A stretch of 64,000 nt of DNA from Squalus acanthias (lineage: Eukaryota), in assembly GCA_030390025.1 (NCBI GenBank), contig CM059432.1, forward strand, positions 43,216,001 to 43,280,000. Direction: 5' to 3'. Both the position numbers and the translations under genes were made by a program. The notes beneath the pieces are model-generated. The model was given only the letters and a program-made list of their open reading frames with translations. It was not told where the DNA came from and searched no databases. Position 1 is the stretch's first letter. Each line of letters opens with the position of its first letter. This document shows positions 11,882 through 23,721 of the stretch, one piece after another.

Positions 11882-12885
11882 TGGCCCGGATTTTGCAGTC
11901 GGTGGTGTAATGTAGGATTACACTGCTGGCATCCAAACCGAATGTGCACTTACCTGCTGGGAACCCTCCTCCAGTAAGTTGCTGTCAGACGCTCTAGAGT
12001 AGAGGGCAGCGTAGTGGCCCACGGATCCCAGGAGTGCACCATGTGCGGAAGCGTACCTGGGATCACATGGGCCGGTGCTCCAATCAGCGAACAGAAGGTC
12101 TCTCATTAATACTATTAGAGATCGTAGGGCTATTCTCCATTCAAACTTCAGTACTTCAAACATTTGTGATTTTTGGGTCTGGGGTGTTTCGAACAAAAGT
12201 ATGGATAGCTCGAAATTGTGGTGCTACTTTGCTTTTAAAAAAAGTACTGATTTAGAGCAAGTTACATTTCCAATAATTTAGATTGAAAATCACCACTACC
12301 CTTCTGGGCTACACACAACCAAGTGTTCTCTGGTTAGAATGCTTCCATTGAGAGAGGACTGACCCCAGACCTGTGAGTAGAGCTGGAGAAATTTTCTCTC
12401 TGCAAAGCAAATTTGAAGTGTGGCTTTCTTATACACATTGGAATTCCTGTAGTCTCTGGAAACTATGCTTGATCTTCCATAATATGCATTTCAGAATCGT
12501 CTGAGCAAATCATTTAATTTTTCATGTACAAATTGGAAAGCTATTTTCACCACTTCGTATTATTGTTTAACCTTCCTTTTTAATTAATGGAGTGCAATTT
12601 CTTAAATAACTTGTCAGGAGGTATCCCCTTACGCTGTGCAAACAGGCCCTGCGCCTGCTTGCACCAGCCGTAAAATTTTCATACATAATTGCTGGGCAGT
12701 TGTTGGGCAATTTGCCCAACTCTGCGGCAGCAATTAGGATTTCAATGTCAGTGCGGATCAGCTGTCAAGATAGATCACAAGTTTGGGATTTAGCACAGCG
12801 CTTCCCGAACTTGCTGTCCATTTCAAAGGCGGTATGACGGCATACTCTGACAGTGCGCTGTCATACCAACCACAAATTCTGGCCC
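11882..12885. mobile_element. Non-autonomous TIR element (same family as 32315-32966)
   Basis: Ends TGGCCCGGATTTTGC / CAAATTCTGGCCC; shares GCGTACCTGGGATCA and ACAGGCCCTGCGCCTG..ATAATTGCTGGGCAGTTGTTGGGCAA blocks with the 32.3-33.0 kb copy. Confidence 0.7.
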
Positions 12886-13678
12886 AATGTCTTTTAACTG
12901 CTATACTCATGCACAATTGAGATGGTGGACCTGAATTTACGATCGGAGGCTTCCTGCGGACGGATGCCTCCGATCATCAAATTTTCTACGCATTTACCTG
13001 GTGGTCCAGGATATACGGAGGCTTGCGATCCTGGGCCTCTCCTGGTAGAAATGCGTTGAGGCCCACGTATCCCAGGGGCGCATGCGGTTCACAAGCGTCC
13101 CTGGGATCACGTGGGCCGGCTCAACCAATGAAAGAAGGGAATCCCCATTCATACTTATGGGGTTTCTGTACATACGGAACTCCAATGTCATAAGTATGAA
13201 TGGGGATGACTTAAAAAATACACGAACACATGAAATAAATTTATAAACACCATTACATATATAAAATTAATTAAAATAGCATTTAATTAAATATTTTAAA
13301 CAAAAATTTAACTTTTTGAAAAAAAAAATTATGGGGGAAAAATTAGGTCGCGCCCCATTTGGGGCGCAAATATCGTCTGGACGCGAATATTAGCGCCTGG
13401 CGCTAATTATCGCCACTGACTGGAAACTTCACTTTTACCGCCCCGGGAGGTGAGTGGAGCGCTAAATCAGGCGCTGCACACCTGTCTTAAGGCGCAAAGG
13501 CCGAGCAGTGAGGCGCTAACTCAGCGCAGCTGCTGCCAGTTAGCGAGGGAACACAGACACACTGGCGCCGGCCACTTCTTAAAGCGGGGGGGGCCAACTT
13601 GCTCCCCAGCCACACCCTGCTCATGGCAGCCTTGAATCTCGGCCTGGAGAGACCTGTGAATCCATTTTGCTGCCAAGG

Positions 13679-15605
13679 ATGGAGAGGGTGAGAGAACGAG
13701 CTCATCGCTTCACCGAGCGGGCCTTGGATGCTCTGGTTGGCGCGGTGGAGTGCAGAAGATGTATACTCTTCCCTGAGAGTGGCAGGAGGCCTTTGCCACG
13801 CGAGTACAGAAGAGTGTGGAGGGAGGTGGCTCAGAGCGTCTCCTCCAGGAGCATGGTGCCCAGGACCCATACTCAATGCCGCAAAAAGTTCAACGACCTC
13901 ACTCGGGTCGTCAGGGTGAGTGGCTTTTTCTCAATACCTCTCCATCCCTCCATCTCAACCTCACTCTATGGCCAGAGGGTCTTAAAACCCCAATGCACAA
14001 CACTCATCCAACACCTATGGCCCTTTCATGAAAGACACACACACATTCCACACTTTGCATACAGTAAGGGCTATTCACCTATGGGAGGCACATCAGGCAA
14101 GACCATGGCTGCATACAGTAAGGGCTATTCACCTATGGGAGGCACATCAGGCAAGACCATGGCTGTATACAGTAAGGGCTATTCACCTATGGGAGGCACA
14201 TCAGCAAGACCATGGCTGCATACAGTAAGGGCTATTCACCTATGGGAGGCACATCAGGCAAGACCATGGCTGTATATTTACTCAGATGCTGTCCTTTTTC
14301 TTACAGGCCAAGCTGGCGCATAATCGGAGACAGCAGCAACGGACAGGTGGAGGGCGGCCTCAGCTGCAACCCCTCAGCGATCTTGAGGAGCGCGTCCACA
14401 GGATTGTGGCAAGCCGGGTGATCGGTCCCGTCGCCACTGGAGACGCCGACCCCGTTCTGGACAGCAATGGTAAGGTCATCACCTTTTTGTCCTCTGTCCT
14501 TCCACTTGTCCCTCACAACACCAGCCTTTGACACTTTCAATCCAACTTGCTAACTCGCTGCACTTATTCCTCCCTTACTGCCACCCTGTCCTCACGCTAA
14601 AGCCACTCTTGTACCTCCCTGCTTTCAGATGGTGATTCACCAGCTGAGGAGACGGGCCCTGAAGCTGCCACTGGGAGTGAAGCTGCAGCCGAGGAGGAAG
14701 AGGAAGCCGGAGCATCAGTGCCACCCTCTCCCGAGGAAGCCCATGCCCACACTGGGAACACGCCTTCCCTGGAGGGGAGCAGGGGGGAAGGGTCTGATGA
14801 GGGTGAAGCTCCAGGACCCAGCGGGCTGCAGCAACGCCATGGGGGTAGGGAAGAACGGGGGCCTTCTCCCCAGAAGGAGAGTATGCCAGCGACTCCTACT
14901 GCAATGGACGCAGAGGAGGAGCGGCTGATCACAGAAATGAACACCCAGGCGGTGGGCATGCACACTGAGCTCATGGGTGCAGTGGGAAGGGTGCCCGAAT
15001 GCATTGAGTCACTGGCAAGGAGTGTGGAGCACTTCGCTGTAGCACAGGCGGATGCCACACTAACGCTTAGTGCTGCAATTCAGTCACTGGCTGCCGTGAT
15101 CCCATCTCTGACTGCTCTCATGCAGACTCAGATTGAGGCCACGCGAGCACAGACTGCTGCCAACCTCGATGGTTCGTTCACATGTCCCCGGGGCTCTCAC
15201 CGCGCCGCAGCAGGCCAGCAATCTGTTCTCCAGCAGATTGCTCCGGATGCTGAAGTGCTGCCCCGTGGGAGTGCCAGTGTGTCGGGCGAGCAGGGAGTTG
15301 CTGTCCTCTCTCACGATGACAGCATTCCTGCTGCCAACACTGTCACTTCTCCACTGCACTTGCCACCGCCTGTAGGACAGACTGCTGCCGCCCATGCAGA
15401 GTTGGTGCAGTCTGCAGCCGGGCCCTCCAGGCCCAGAACTGGTCGAGGCCGTCCTTCAGGGGCATCTGCAGTGTCAGGGTCTGACGATCAGCAGCCTTCC
15501 ACCAGCCTTGCTGCAGCCACTGAGGTCCCATTACGGAGGAGCAGTAGGGTTAGAAGCGGGGAAGTGCGCAAGGGAAGGAGATCACCCTCGAAGGGCAAAA
15601 AGTAG
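13679..15605 (+). CDS. Harbinger Myb/SANT-like DNA-binding protein, predicted 458 aa; exons 13679-13915, 14307-14469, 14629-15605
   Basis: Myb-like RF..LDALV..WREVA..RTHTQCRKKFNDL; exon 2 AKLAHNRRQQQRTGGG; canonical GT-AG introns (phase 0 then 1) join all exons in frame with no stop; basic C-terminus RKGRRSPSKGKK. Confidence 0.88.
14057..14274 (+). repeat. 54-bp minisatellite, 4 copies, in intron 1 of the Myb-like gene
   Basis: Unit GCATACAGTAAGGGCTATTCACCTATGGGAGGCACATCAGGCAAGACCATGGCT starts at 14057, 14111, 14165, 14218. Confidence 0.95.
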
Positions 15606-15917
15606 GAGGTGTGACAAAATGCTGGTCATTTTTTTATTAAAGGCCGAGGTTCATGGTCCAACTTTTGTTTAGTGTTTTGGACATTATCTCCAGGTTGTGA
15701 GAACCAGTTATGTTATTGACTGTTTTTTTGTGTTTATTTCTATGAGTTTGTCATGAGGAATTGACACACACAAAGTTTGTAAAATAAATAAGTTTCTGTA
15801 TTCAAAATATACATGGTTGGTGTTTGGAATTACTGGTGCCTTGGCCGGCTTAGGGGTTGCGTGCTGGGTTCATTGATGTTGTTAGCAATGGCAGAAGCCA
15901 TTTCCACAGCAGGGGCC

Positions 15918-17069
15918 CTAGAAGCGGCTTGCTATCAGCCGTTGACGGACGGCCCTTGCAGTTTCACCATTGTGGGCCGCCCTCCCGCCTTGGTGCTGCT
16001 GATGATCATCCTCCTCGTCCTCTTCCTCCTCCTCCTCTGGTGGTGCTCCAAGGCCTGGTGGCATTGGCTGGGTCCTGACGATTGCCATGTTATGCAACAT
16101 GCAGCACACAACTACGAAGTTGGATACTCGTTCAGGCGAGTACTGCAGGGCTCCTCCAGAATGGTCGAGACAGCAGAACCGTTGCTTCAGCACGCCGATT
16201 GTGCGCTCAATGATGTTCCTGGTAGCTTGATGGCTCTCATTGTACCGCAGCTCAGCAGGGGTGTTGGGCGTACGGAGCGGTGTCATCAGCCAGGTGCTCA
16301 ATGGATACCCCTTGTCCCCGCGAAGCCAACCAACTGGCTGATGCGGTGCCTCGAAAAGTTCTGCCACAGTAGTCTGGCGCAGGATAAAAGCATCGTGGCA
16401 GCTGCCAGGATAGTGGGCATTGACAGCGAGTATCAGCTGTCTGTGGTCACAGACCAACTGAACATTCAAGGAATGGAACCCCTTTCTGTTCCGGAATTCC
16501 TCGGCATTCTCATGCGGAGCACGCAAAGCCACATGCGTGCAGTCAATGGCGTCCTGCACCATGGGGAAGCCCGCTATCCTCGCAAAGCCCAGAGCGCGGT
16601 CACGCTGCTTGTCTGGGGTCATGGAGAAAGAGATGAACTCTCGTCTCCTTTTAAAGAGGGCATTTGTGACCTGCCGGATGCAGCAATGCACCACGAACTG
16701 GGAGATATTGGCGAGGTCCCCAGCAGCAGCTTGAAATGAGCCAGTAGCGTAGAAGTTGAGAGCCACTGTGACCTTCACTGCCACCGACAGAGACGTCCTG
16801 GACCTCAGTTGAGGCTGCAGATCTGGCTGCGGCAGGTGGCAGAACTCAGTGACCACCTCCTTGCTGAATCGCAGCCTTCGCAAACACAGCTCCTCAGACA
16901 TATGAATGTAGGAGAGCTGTTCACGATATACCCTGGGAGGGTAAGCTCTCCTGTACATACGCCTGTTGGCCCTCCTCCGTCTGGCCATCATTGCCACTCT
17001 CTCTCTGCGTCTCTGTGTCCTCCGATTCAGCTGGAGCAGGACGACGCCCCCAATCAGTGCAGCCCCCAT
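15918..17069 (-). CDS. PIF/Harbinger (HARBI1-like, DDE_Tnp_4) transposase, 383 aa from first ATG
   Basis: Uninterrupted ORF with [60 protein letters not shown] and CCMLHN motifs. Confidence 0.96.
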   Translation of the reverse strand: MGAALIGGVVLLQLNRRTQRRRERVAMMARRRRANRRMYRRAYPPRVYREQLSYIHMSEELCLRRLRFSKEVVTEFCHLPQPDLQPQLRSRTSLSVAVKVTVALNFYATGSFQAAAGDLANISQFVVHCCIRQVTNALFKRRREFISFSMTPDKQRDRALGFARIAGFPMVQDAIDCTHVALRAPHENAEEFRNRKGFHSLNVQLVCDHRQLILAVNAHYPGSCHDAFILRQTTVAELFEAPHQPVGWLRGDKGYPLSTWLMTPLRTPNTPAELRYNESHQATRNIIERTIGVLKQRFCCLDHSGGALQYSPERVSNFVVVCCMLHNMAIVRTQPMPPGLGAPPEEEEEEDEEDDHQQHQGGRAAHNGETARAVRQRLIASRF

Positions 17070-19054
17070 AGTCTCTTTGCAAGCAAAGTAATGAAGGACA
17101 GCAACTAAAGTACTAACGAAGTTAGGATCAGTAGGCAAAACTACCTCACAAAGCGTTGAGTCAATGCAGAAGTCTCTCTTTCTCTCTCTCCGAATCTCTC
17201 TCTCTCTCTCAGAACGAGTGGTGCAAAAATGTCAACCACAGAAAAAGACAGGAAGAGGCCCCCTTTAAATAGCGCCCCCCCCCCAGCCCCACAGCGATTG
17301 ATAGCGTTCCAGTCTTCCGGTCGTTGGATGCGCCAGGCGGTAAGGCAGGGGGCGCCACTCAATTTCCGCTCCGGGGCGCCACAAGGGCGTTGCACCATGG
17401 AATGACGTCACAATCTGCGCGCGCAGGTGGTCGCAGCGGTAAAGTTTAGCGCCGCCGCACAATCTCTAGTTAAGTTCCCGAGCGGCGCAAACATCGCTGC
17501 GCCCGGGCGTTAGCGGCTTTGCGCCCCATTAGCGCCCTCTTAAGACGCTAACGGGAGGCGCAACCAACTGAATTTTTACCCCTATATGTTTTAACGAGGC
17601 TAAAAATAAACTTACCTTATTGGACAGGATTTTTAATGTATAAGTGAGTGATAAAATTTTATTTTTCTATTTTTTAAAACTCTTATGCTGGTAAAAGCAG
17701 GCCTTACGCCTGCTTTTACCAGGCGTAAGAATTCCACAGCCTTTCAGCGGGCGGAAGTTGGGCAAAGGCCGCAGAGGCCCTTCTCCCACGCATGCATGCG
17801 ATCTGTCAAGATTCTTGACAGATCGCAACTGCCGGGTTTTAGCGAATACGCTTCACATGCCTAAACCCAATACTTGTGCAGCCCCTATGGGCGCGTACAC
17901 TCCTCGTACGCACCCGTAGGGGTCGCAAAATATGGCCTAATGTGTTTCAGAATTGACCAGGGGCCTAATTATATAAACAGAAAACATACATGGTAAGGTT
18001 GCTGTTTCAGTTCACTGCAGCAGGAAGTGTAGGCAAAGCCAAATAAACAATCTGCAGCACAACATAGATAGACTGGTTTGAACCGCAAAACTTACCAGTT
18101 GCTTTATGCATTGAGAATATATGGTGTACTTTTTTCCTTGCAGTGGCCTCACCATTATTTTTGGTTACTTTATTTTAGTTTCCAACTGAGATATTTGTTT
18201 GAGGCAGAAGATAAAAGGTAAAAGACGTTCTTTATAAGACTTGTTCTGTACCTTAGACTAAACATCTAAGCATCTTTTTTAATATGCAGTTTTGAATTGT
18301 TAACTATTATGATATGTTGGAAAACCATCCGATTTAAAAATAAAAACCCATTCTAACTTTACAAATATAATGCTGAATATTCTTTATAGCATGATACTTG
18401 GAAATCAACAATTTTGCATATGGTGCATGCTATCAGCAATATTAGAGTCAAGGTGAGTACGCTTCAATCTAGGAGCCAAAATTACTATATTTCCAAAATA
18501 TTGGTGAAAATCTGTTGCCATTTTTGAATTCCTATGTCATGGGAAGGTACACGGTTGAAATTTCTGAGAATGTGATTTTGTTTGCGGCAATGCAAATCTA
18601 GAAACAAATCATGACACGTGCAATAATGATCCTTTAAAGTTTCTCAAGGAGTAAACCACTATAAATGTTGTGAAGCTTATTAATGCAACTGTAGTGTGCA
18701 TAACTGTAGTGCAGAGTGGCTCAGCACTGCAGAGAAAATCTTATTTCAGCAACCAAGTGCTGCAGGGCCTCATGAAATCTCTAGGAGAGCATCACAAGGA
18801 TATTTTTCGTAGCAAAGACACCCCCTAAATATGCAGTCGAGGAGGCAAACGTGAGAGGATGTTACAGAGTTACTGAAGAGATGCTGAACTCTGTCTTAAT
18901 GACTAGAAGGACCGAAGCAAAAATGAGAAAAAAAGTTAAAAGACTTGAGGGCACCAAGGAAAGGTATAAATATTATTGTAAAGTAGCAGCACAGGACCTA
19001 TCTACACATGGCGTGCAACCGCACAGCAGTGCTGTTTCCTGAAGAAAGAGAATG

Positions 19055-19230
19055 TTTAATAGCAAGAAGGATATTAGGGCCATAGAGAAGGTGCAGAAGA
19101 GATTCATTAAGATGATATCAGGGATGGGAGGCTAGAGAAACTGGGACTCCTTTAATTAGAACAGAGAAGGTTAGAAAATTTGATACAGGTCTTCAAAATT
19201 ATGAAAGGTTTTGGTAAGATAAAAGATTGG
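19055..19230 (+). mobile_element. Decayed CR1 ORF2 fragment
   Basis: GGATATTAGGGCCATAGAGAAGGTGCAGAAGAGATTCA resembles DI.ALE.VQ.RF of neighbouring CR1 copies. Confidence 0.65.
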
Positions 19231-19246
19231 GATAAAAGATTTGCTA

Positions 19247-19608
19247 AGTGTCAGCTGTGGCTCAGCTCAGTTGGTAGCACTCTCACCACTGAGTCAGAAG
19301 GTTGTGGGTTCAAGTCCCACTCCAGAGACTTGAGCACAAAAATCTAGGCTGACACTGTCATTGTGCTGCATTGTCAGAGGTGCCGTCTTTCAGATGAGAC
19401 GTTAAACTGAGGCCCCGTCTGCTCTCTCAGGTGGACGGAAAAGATCCTATGGCACTATTTTGAAGAAGAGTAGGAGAGTTATCCCTGGTGTCCGAGACAA
19501 TATTTATCCCTCAATCAACTTCTAAAACAGATTATCGGGTCATTATCACATTGCTGTTTGTGGGAGCTTGCTGTGCGCAAATTGGTTGCCGCGTTTCCTA
19601 CATTACAA
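19247..19608 (+). mobile_element. DeuSINE (SacSINE1-like)
   Basis: A/B-box head (TGGCTCAG..GGTAG; GGTTCAAGTCC) and body matching 59024-59405. Confidence 0.88.
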
Positions 19609-20261
19609 TGAATATAAGTGCAACCACGGAAATTAATAGGTTATGTTATCCCCCCTCCCCCCCAAAAAAACATGGTTATGACTCACTGAACAGATGGAAA
19701 CATGAGGCACACATGCAGAGCAGAGAGGGGAATTGAAGCACAAGAACTCTAATCCTCACTGATGGGGTTAAAAGAGCCTTGTCTCCTTGTAAGACCAACT
19801 TTGGAAATTTCCCCGAGACTTCAGGAAAAGATGCCAAGCTGAGGACGCTGCCCCTGCTGGATTGCATCCTAGTTCTCAAGTCCATTTGAATAACATCTCA
19901 GGAATCTGTACAAGCCAGAGCCTATTCTAACATGCAGTTATAAAAATAGATACCAGTGTGCAGGATCTAATTGTAAAGGTTAGACAAAAAAAGCTTCCTT
20001 ACATCTCTGTGCCTGTTTCTCTTCTGTTAATTTTGTGTTTCTAAAATAATTAGGCACATCTGTTCACTTGCAGAGAATGCTCATATAAACAGTATCACAG
20101 TTTAAAGCATTGATAATGTGGACTCTATGCAAACAAATTATATTTATATTTAGGTATTGTATTAAATACTGCTTGTGCATGGTTAGTGTATATGGATGCA
20201 TTCATATGACAAAAAATAGAATTGCTGCACAGAAGGCAATTCAACCCATTTTATATTTGTT

Positions 20262-20522
20262 CTCGGGATGTGTGTGACACTGGCAAGGCCACATTTATTG
20301 CCCATCTCTTGTTGCCCTGAGGACATTAAGATGCATCCATGTAGTGTAGGACAGAAGTAACATGTAGGCCAGACAATTCTCTTCCATGGAGTAAACCAGT
20401 TGGGATTTACAATATTTTATCTGGTGCCCAGCCCACAAATTTCCAGGCTTTACTGAATTCAATTTCCCATGAGGGGATTTGATCCTCTGGATTAGTTGTC
20501 CCGTACCATAACCACTAGACAA
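20262..20522 (-). mobile_element. tRNA-headed SINE with tail shared with the 26.4-28.1 kb LINE
   Basis: Tail GGGCAAC..GATGGGCAATAAATG.GGCCTTGCCAG..CACATCCC equals the LINE 3' end at 28081-28135; body similar to 63365-63642. Confidence 0.68.
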
Positions 20523-20596
20523 CTGTGTCCGGTGTATGTGCTGGTGCTGGCTCTTCAACAGGAGCTATGCATTCTGTCAAGCCCATGCTAATAGGC

Positions 20597-20626
20597 ATAA
20601 GAACATAAGAAATAGGAGCAGGAGTA
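20597..20626 (-). mobile_element. Detached 3' tip of the CR1 fragment at 25086-25615
   Basis: CATAAGAACATAAGAAATAGGAGCAGGAGTAG is followed by GCCAT.CGGCC in the intact copy at 4809-4850; here that continuation is at 25086. Confidence 0.8.
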
Positions 20627-20731
20627 GTGCCTCTAACAGAATTGCACACACGAAATAGGAGCAGAATCAGGCTACACGGTCCCTGGGCCCGCTCCACTAC
20701 CCACAGGGCCATGACCGATCCGAACCTAGAC

Positions 20732-23683
20732 TCATGTCCAAATTCCTGCCCGCTCCCCGTAACCCTTAATGCCCTTTACTTCTAGGAAACTGTCTATTTC
20801 TGTTTTAAATTTAATTAATGTTGTAGCTTCTACAGCTTTTTGTGGCAGCATATTCCATGGACCTACCACCCTCTGAGTGAAGTAGTTCCTCCTCATCTCA
20901 GTTTTGAAAGAGCAGCCCCTTATTCTAAGACTATGTCCCCTAGTTCTAGTCTCACCCGTCATCGGGAACATCCTCCCCGCATCCACCCGATCCAACCCCT
21001 TCACAATCTTATATGTTTCAATAAGATCGCCTCTCATTCTTCTGAACTCCAATGAGTAGAGTCCCAATCTACCCAACCTCTCCTCATATGACCACCCCCT
21101 CATCCCCGGGATTAACCGAGTGAACCTTTTTTGCACTGCCTCGAGAGCAAGGATGTCTTTCCTTAAGTAAGGACACCAAAACTGTATGCAGTATTCCAGG
21201 TGCGGTCTCACCAATACCTTGTACAACTGAAGCAATACCTCCCTATTTTTATATTCTATCCCCCTAGCAATGAAAGCCAACATTCAATTTGCCTTCTTAA
21301 TCACTTGCTGCACCTGCATACTAACCTTTTGAGTTTCGTGCACCAGGACCCCCAGATCCCTTTGCACTTCAGTACTCTCCAGTTTCTTGCCATTAAGATA
21401 ATAAATTGCTCTAGGATTTTTCCTGCCAAAGTGCATCACCTCACACTTTCCAGTGTTGTATTCCATCTGCCAAATCTCTGCCCACTTACTTAGCCTGTCT
21501 ATGTCCCCTTGCAGGTTTTTTATGTCCTCCTCACTCACTACTTTCCCTCCCATCTTTGTATCATCTGCAAATTTTGATATGTTACACTTGGTCCCTTCCT
21601 CCAAATCGTTAATATAGATTGTAAAGAGTTGGGGACCCAGCACTGACCCCTGTGGAACACCACTAGTTACTGATTGCCAGTCTGAGAATGAACCATTTAT
21701 CCCAACTCTTTGCTTTCTGTTGGATAGCCAATCCTCTATCCATGCCAGAATATTACCCCCAATCCCGTGATTTTTTACCTTAAGCAATAATCTTTTGTGT
21801 GGCACCTTGTCAAATGCCTTTTGGAAGTCTAAATACACTACGTCCACTGGTTCCCCTTTATCCACTCTATATGTTACTTCCTCAAAGAACTCCAGCAAAT
21901 TTGTCAAACATGACTTCCCCTTCGTAAAACCATGCTGACTTTGTCCTATTAAATTATGATTATCCAAATGTCCTGTTACTGTTTCCTTAATAATGGACTC
22001 CAAAATTTTACCTACCACAGATGTTAGGCTAACCGGTCTATAGTTACCAGCCTTCTGTCTACTGCCCTTTTTAAATAAGGGTGTTACATTAGCAGTTTTC
22101 CAGTCTGCCGGGACCTCAGCGGAATCCAGGGAGTTTTGAAAAATTATTACCAATGCATCTACAATCCCTACCGCCACTTCCTTCAAGACTCTAGGATGTA
22201 AGCCATCAGGTCCAGGTGATTTATCCGCCTTGAGTCCCATTATTTTACCGAGTACCACTTCCTTAGTGATTTTGATCGTGTTTAGCTCCTCTCCCCCTAT
22301 AGCCCCCTGTTTGTCCAGTGTTGGGATATTCTTAGTGTCCTCTACTGTAAAGACTGATACAAAATATTCATTCAGTGTTTTTGCCATCTCCATATTTCCC
22401 AACATTAATTTCCCGGTCTCATCCTCTAAGGGACCAACATTTACTTTAGCCACCCTTTTTCTTTTTATATAACTATAAAAACTCTTACTATCTGTTTTTA
22501 TATTTTTTGCTAATTTACTTTCATAATCTATCTTCCCTTTCTTAATCAATCTTTTTGTTATTTTTTGCTGCCTTTTAAAGTTTTCCCAATCCTCTGTCCT
22601 CCCACTAGATTTCGCTACCTTATATGCCCTTGTTTTTAGTCGAATACTATCCTTAATTTCTTTACTTAGCCACGGATGACTGTCCTTTCTTTTACACCCT
22701 TTTCTTTTCAGTGGAATATATATTTTTTGGAAGTTGTAAAATAACTCCTTGAATGTACACCACTGCTCATGTGTCGTCTTACCCTTTAATCTATTTTCCC
22801 AATCCACTCTACTCAATTCCGCTCGCATACCTTCATAGTCTCCTTTATTCAAGCTTAGCACGCTTGTTTGAGATCCAACCTTCTCACCCTCTAATTGAAT
22901 ATGGAATTCAACCATGTTATGGTCACTCATTCCAAGGGGATCCTTTACTAGGACATTTTTAATTAATCCTGTCTCGTTACACAGGACCAGATCTAAGGTT
23001 GCTTGCCCCCTGGTCGGTTCAGTTACATACTGCTCAAGAAACCCATCCCTAATACACTCAATGAACTCATCCTCAAGGCAGTCCTGCCCCATTTGATTTG
23101 TCCAATTAATATGATAGTTAAAATCCCCCATAATTATAGATGTTCCCTTATTACATGCCTCAACTATTTCCTGATTGATACTCCGTCCAACAGAGTTGCA
23201 ACTGTTCGGAGGCCTATAGACTACGCCCACTAGTGTTTTTTTCCCCTTATTATTCCTTATCTCCACCCAAACTGTTTCATTATCATGATTTTTTGACCCA
23301 ATATCATTACTCTGTATTACAGTGATTCCTTCCTTTATTAACATAGCCACCCCACCTCCCCTTCCTTCCTGCCTGTCCTTCCTGATCGTTAAATAACCTG
23401 GTATGTTTAATTCCCAGGCATTGTCACCCTGCAGCCATGTTTCTGTAATGGCCACAATATCATAACCATATGTAGTTATTTGTGCCATTAACTCGTCTAT
23501 TTTGTTACGAATGCTACGTGCATTCAGATAGAGAACTTTCAAATATGCTTTGTGGCACTTAGTTCCAGCTTTTTCACTTTTTACCACTTTACCTTTTACT
23601 CCACACACTCTGTCCCTTCCTGCCACGCTCTGATTAGTGATTCCCCTACTGCTATCTATGTCTATGACCCTCTCTGTTGTCAT
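20732..23683 (-). pseudogene. CR1 ORF2 (AP endonuclease + reverse transcriptase), 983 aa if the single TGA at 21284-21286 is read as Gly
   Basis: YLNARSI, ITETWL, MGDFN, SDHN, NYRPVSL, DFQKAFD, GVPQGSVLGP, KFADD; the 799-aa and 183-aa ORFs are in frame across KKAN*MLAF (KKANGMLAF at 47.6 kb). Confidence 0.95.
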
Positions 23684-23721
23684 TTTTATTTTTTGCTCTC
23701 TTGAAACCTCCCCCCCACTAA

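Larger units (their letters stand above)
13333..17582. mobile_element. Full-length autonomous PIF/Harbinger transposon (family A)
   Basis: TIRs GGGGGAAAAATT / AATTTTTACCCC, TAT target duplication (13330-13332, 17583-17585), two convergent intact genes. Confidence 0.95.
12926..17938. mobile_element. Non-autonomous TIR element (~0.76 kb) split by the autonomous Harbinger
   Basis: Ends GGACCTGAATTTACGATC / GGTCGCAAAATATGGCC; AT-rich centre resumes after 17585. Confidence 0.62.

Noticed and set aside
14057..14274. CRISPR-like array (also 24899-25088)
   Set aside because: Head-to-tail repeats without unique spacers; eukaryotic context, no cas genes.
15813..16739. 308-aa plus-strand ORF
   Set aside because: Antisense shadow of the transposase; no independent motifs.
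13679..17069. Domesticated HARBI1/NAIF1-like host genes
   Set aside because: Genes lie between TIRs with a TSD and have a near-identical deleted sister copy, so they are transposon genes.
18390..18452. O-fucosyltransferase-like GNQ motif in candidate exon
   Set aside because: Resemblance is three residues; no downstream LNRT-type exon was found.
21284..21286. Programmed readthrough or selenocysteine in CR1 ORF2
   Set aside because: Sister CR1 has Gly here; a GGA-to-TGA point mutation is simpler.
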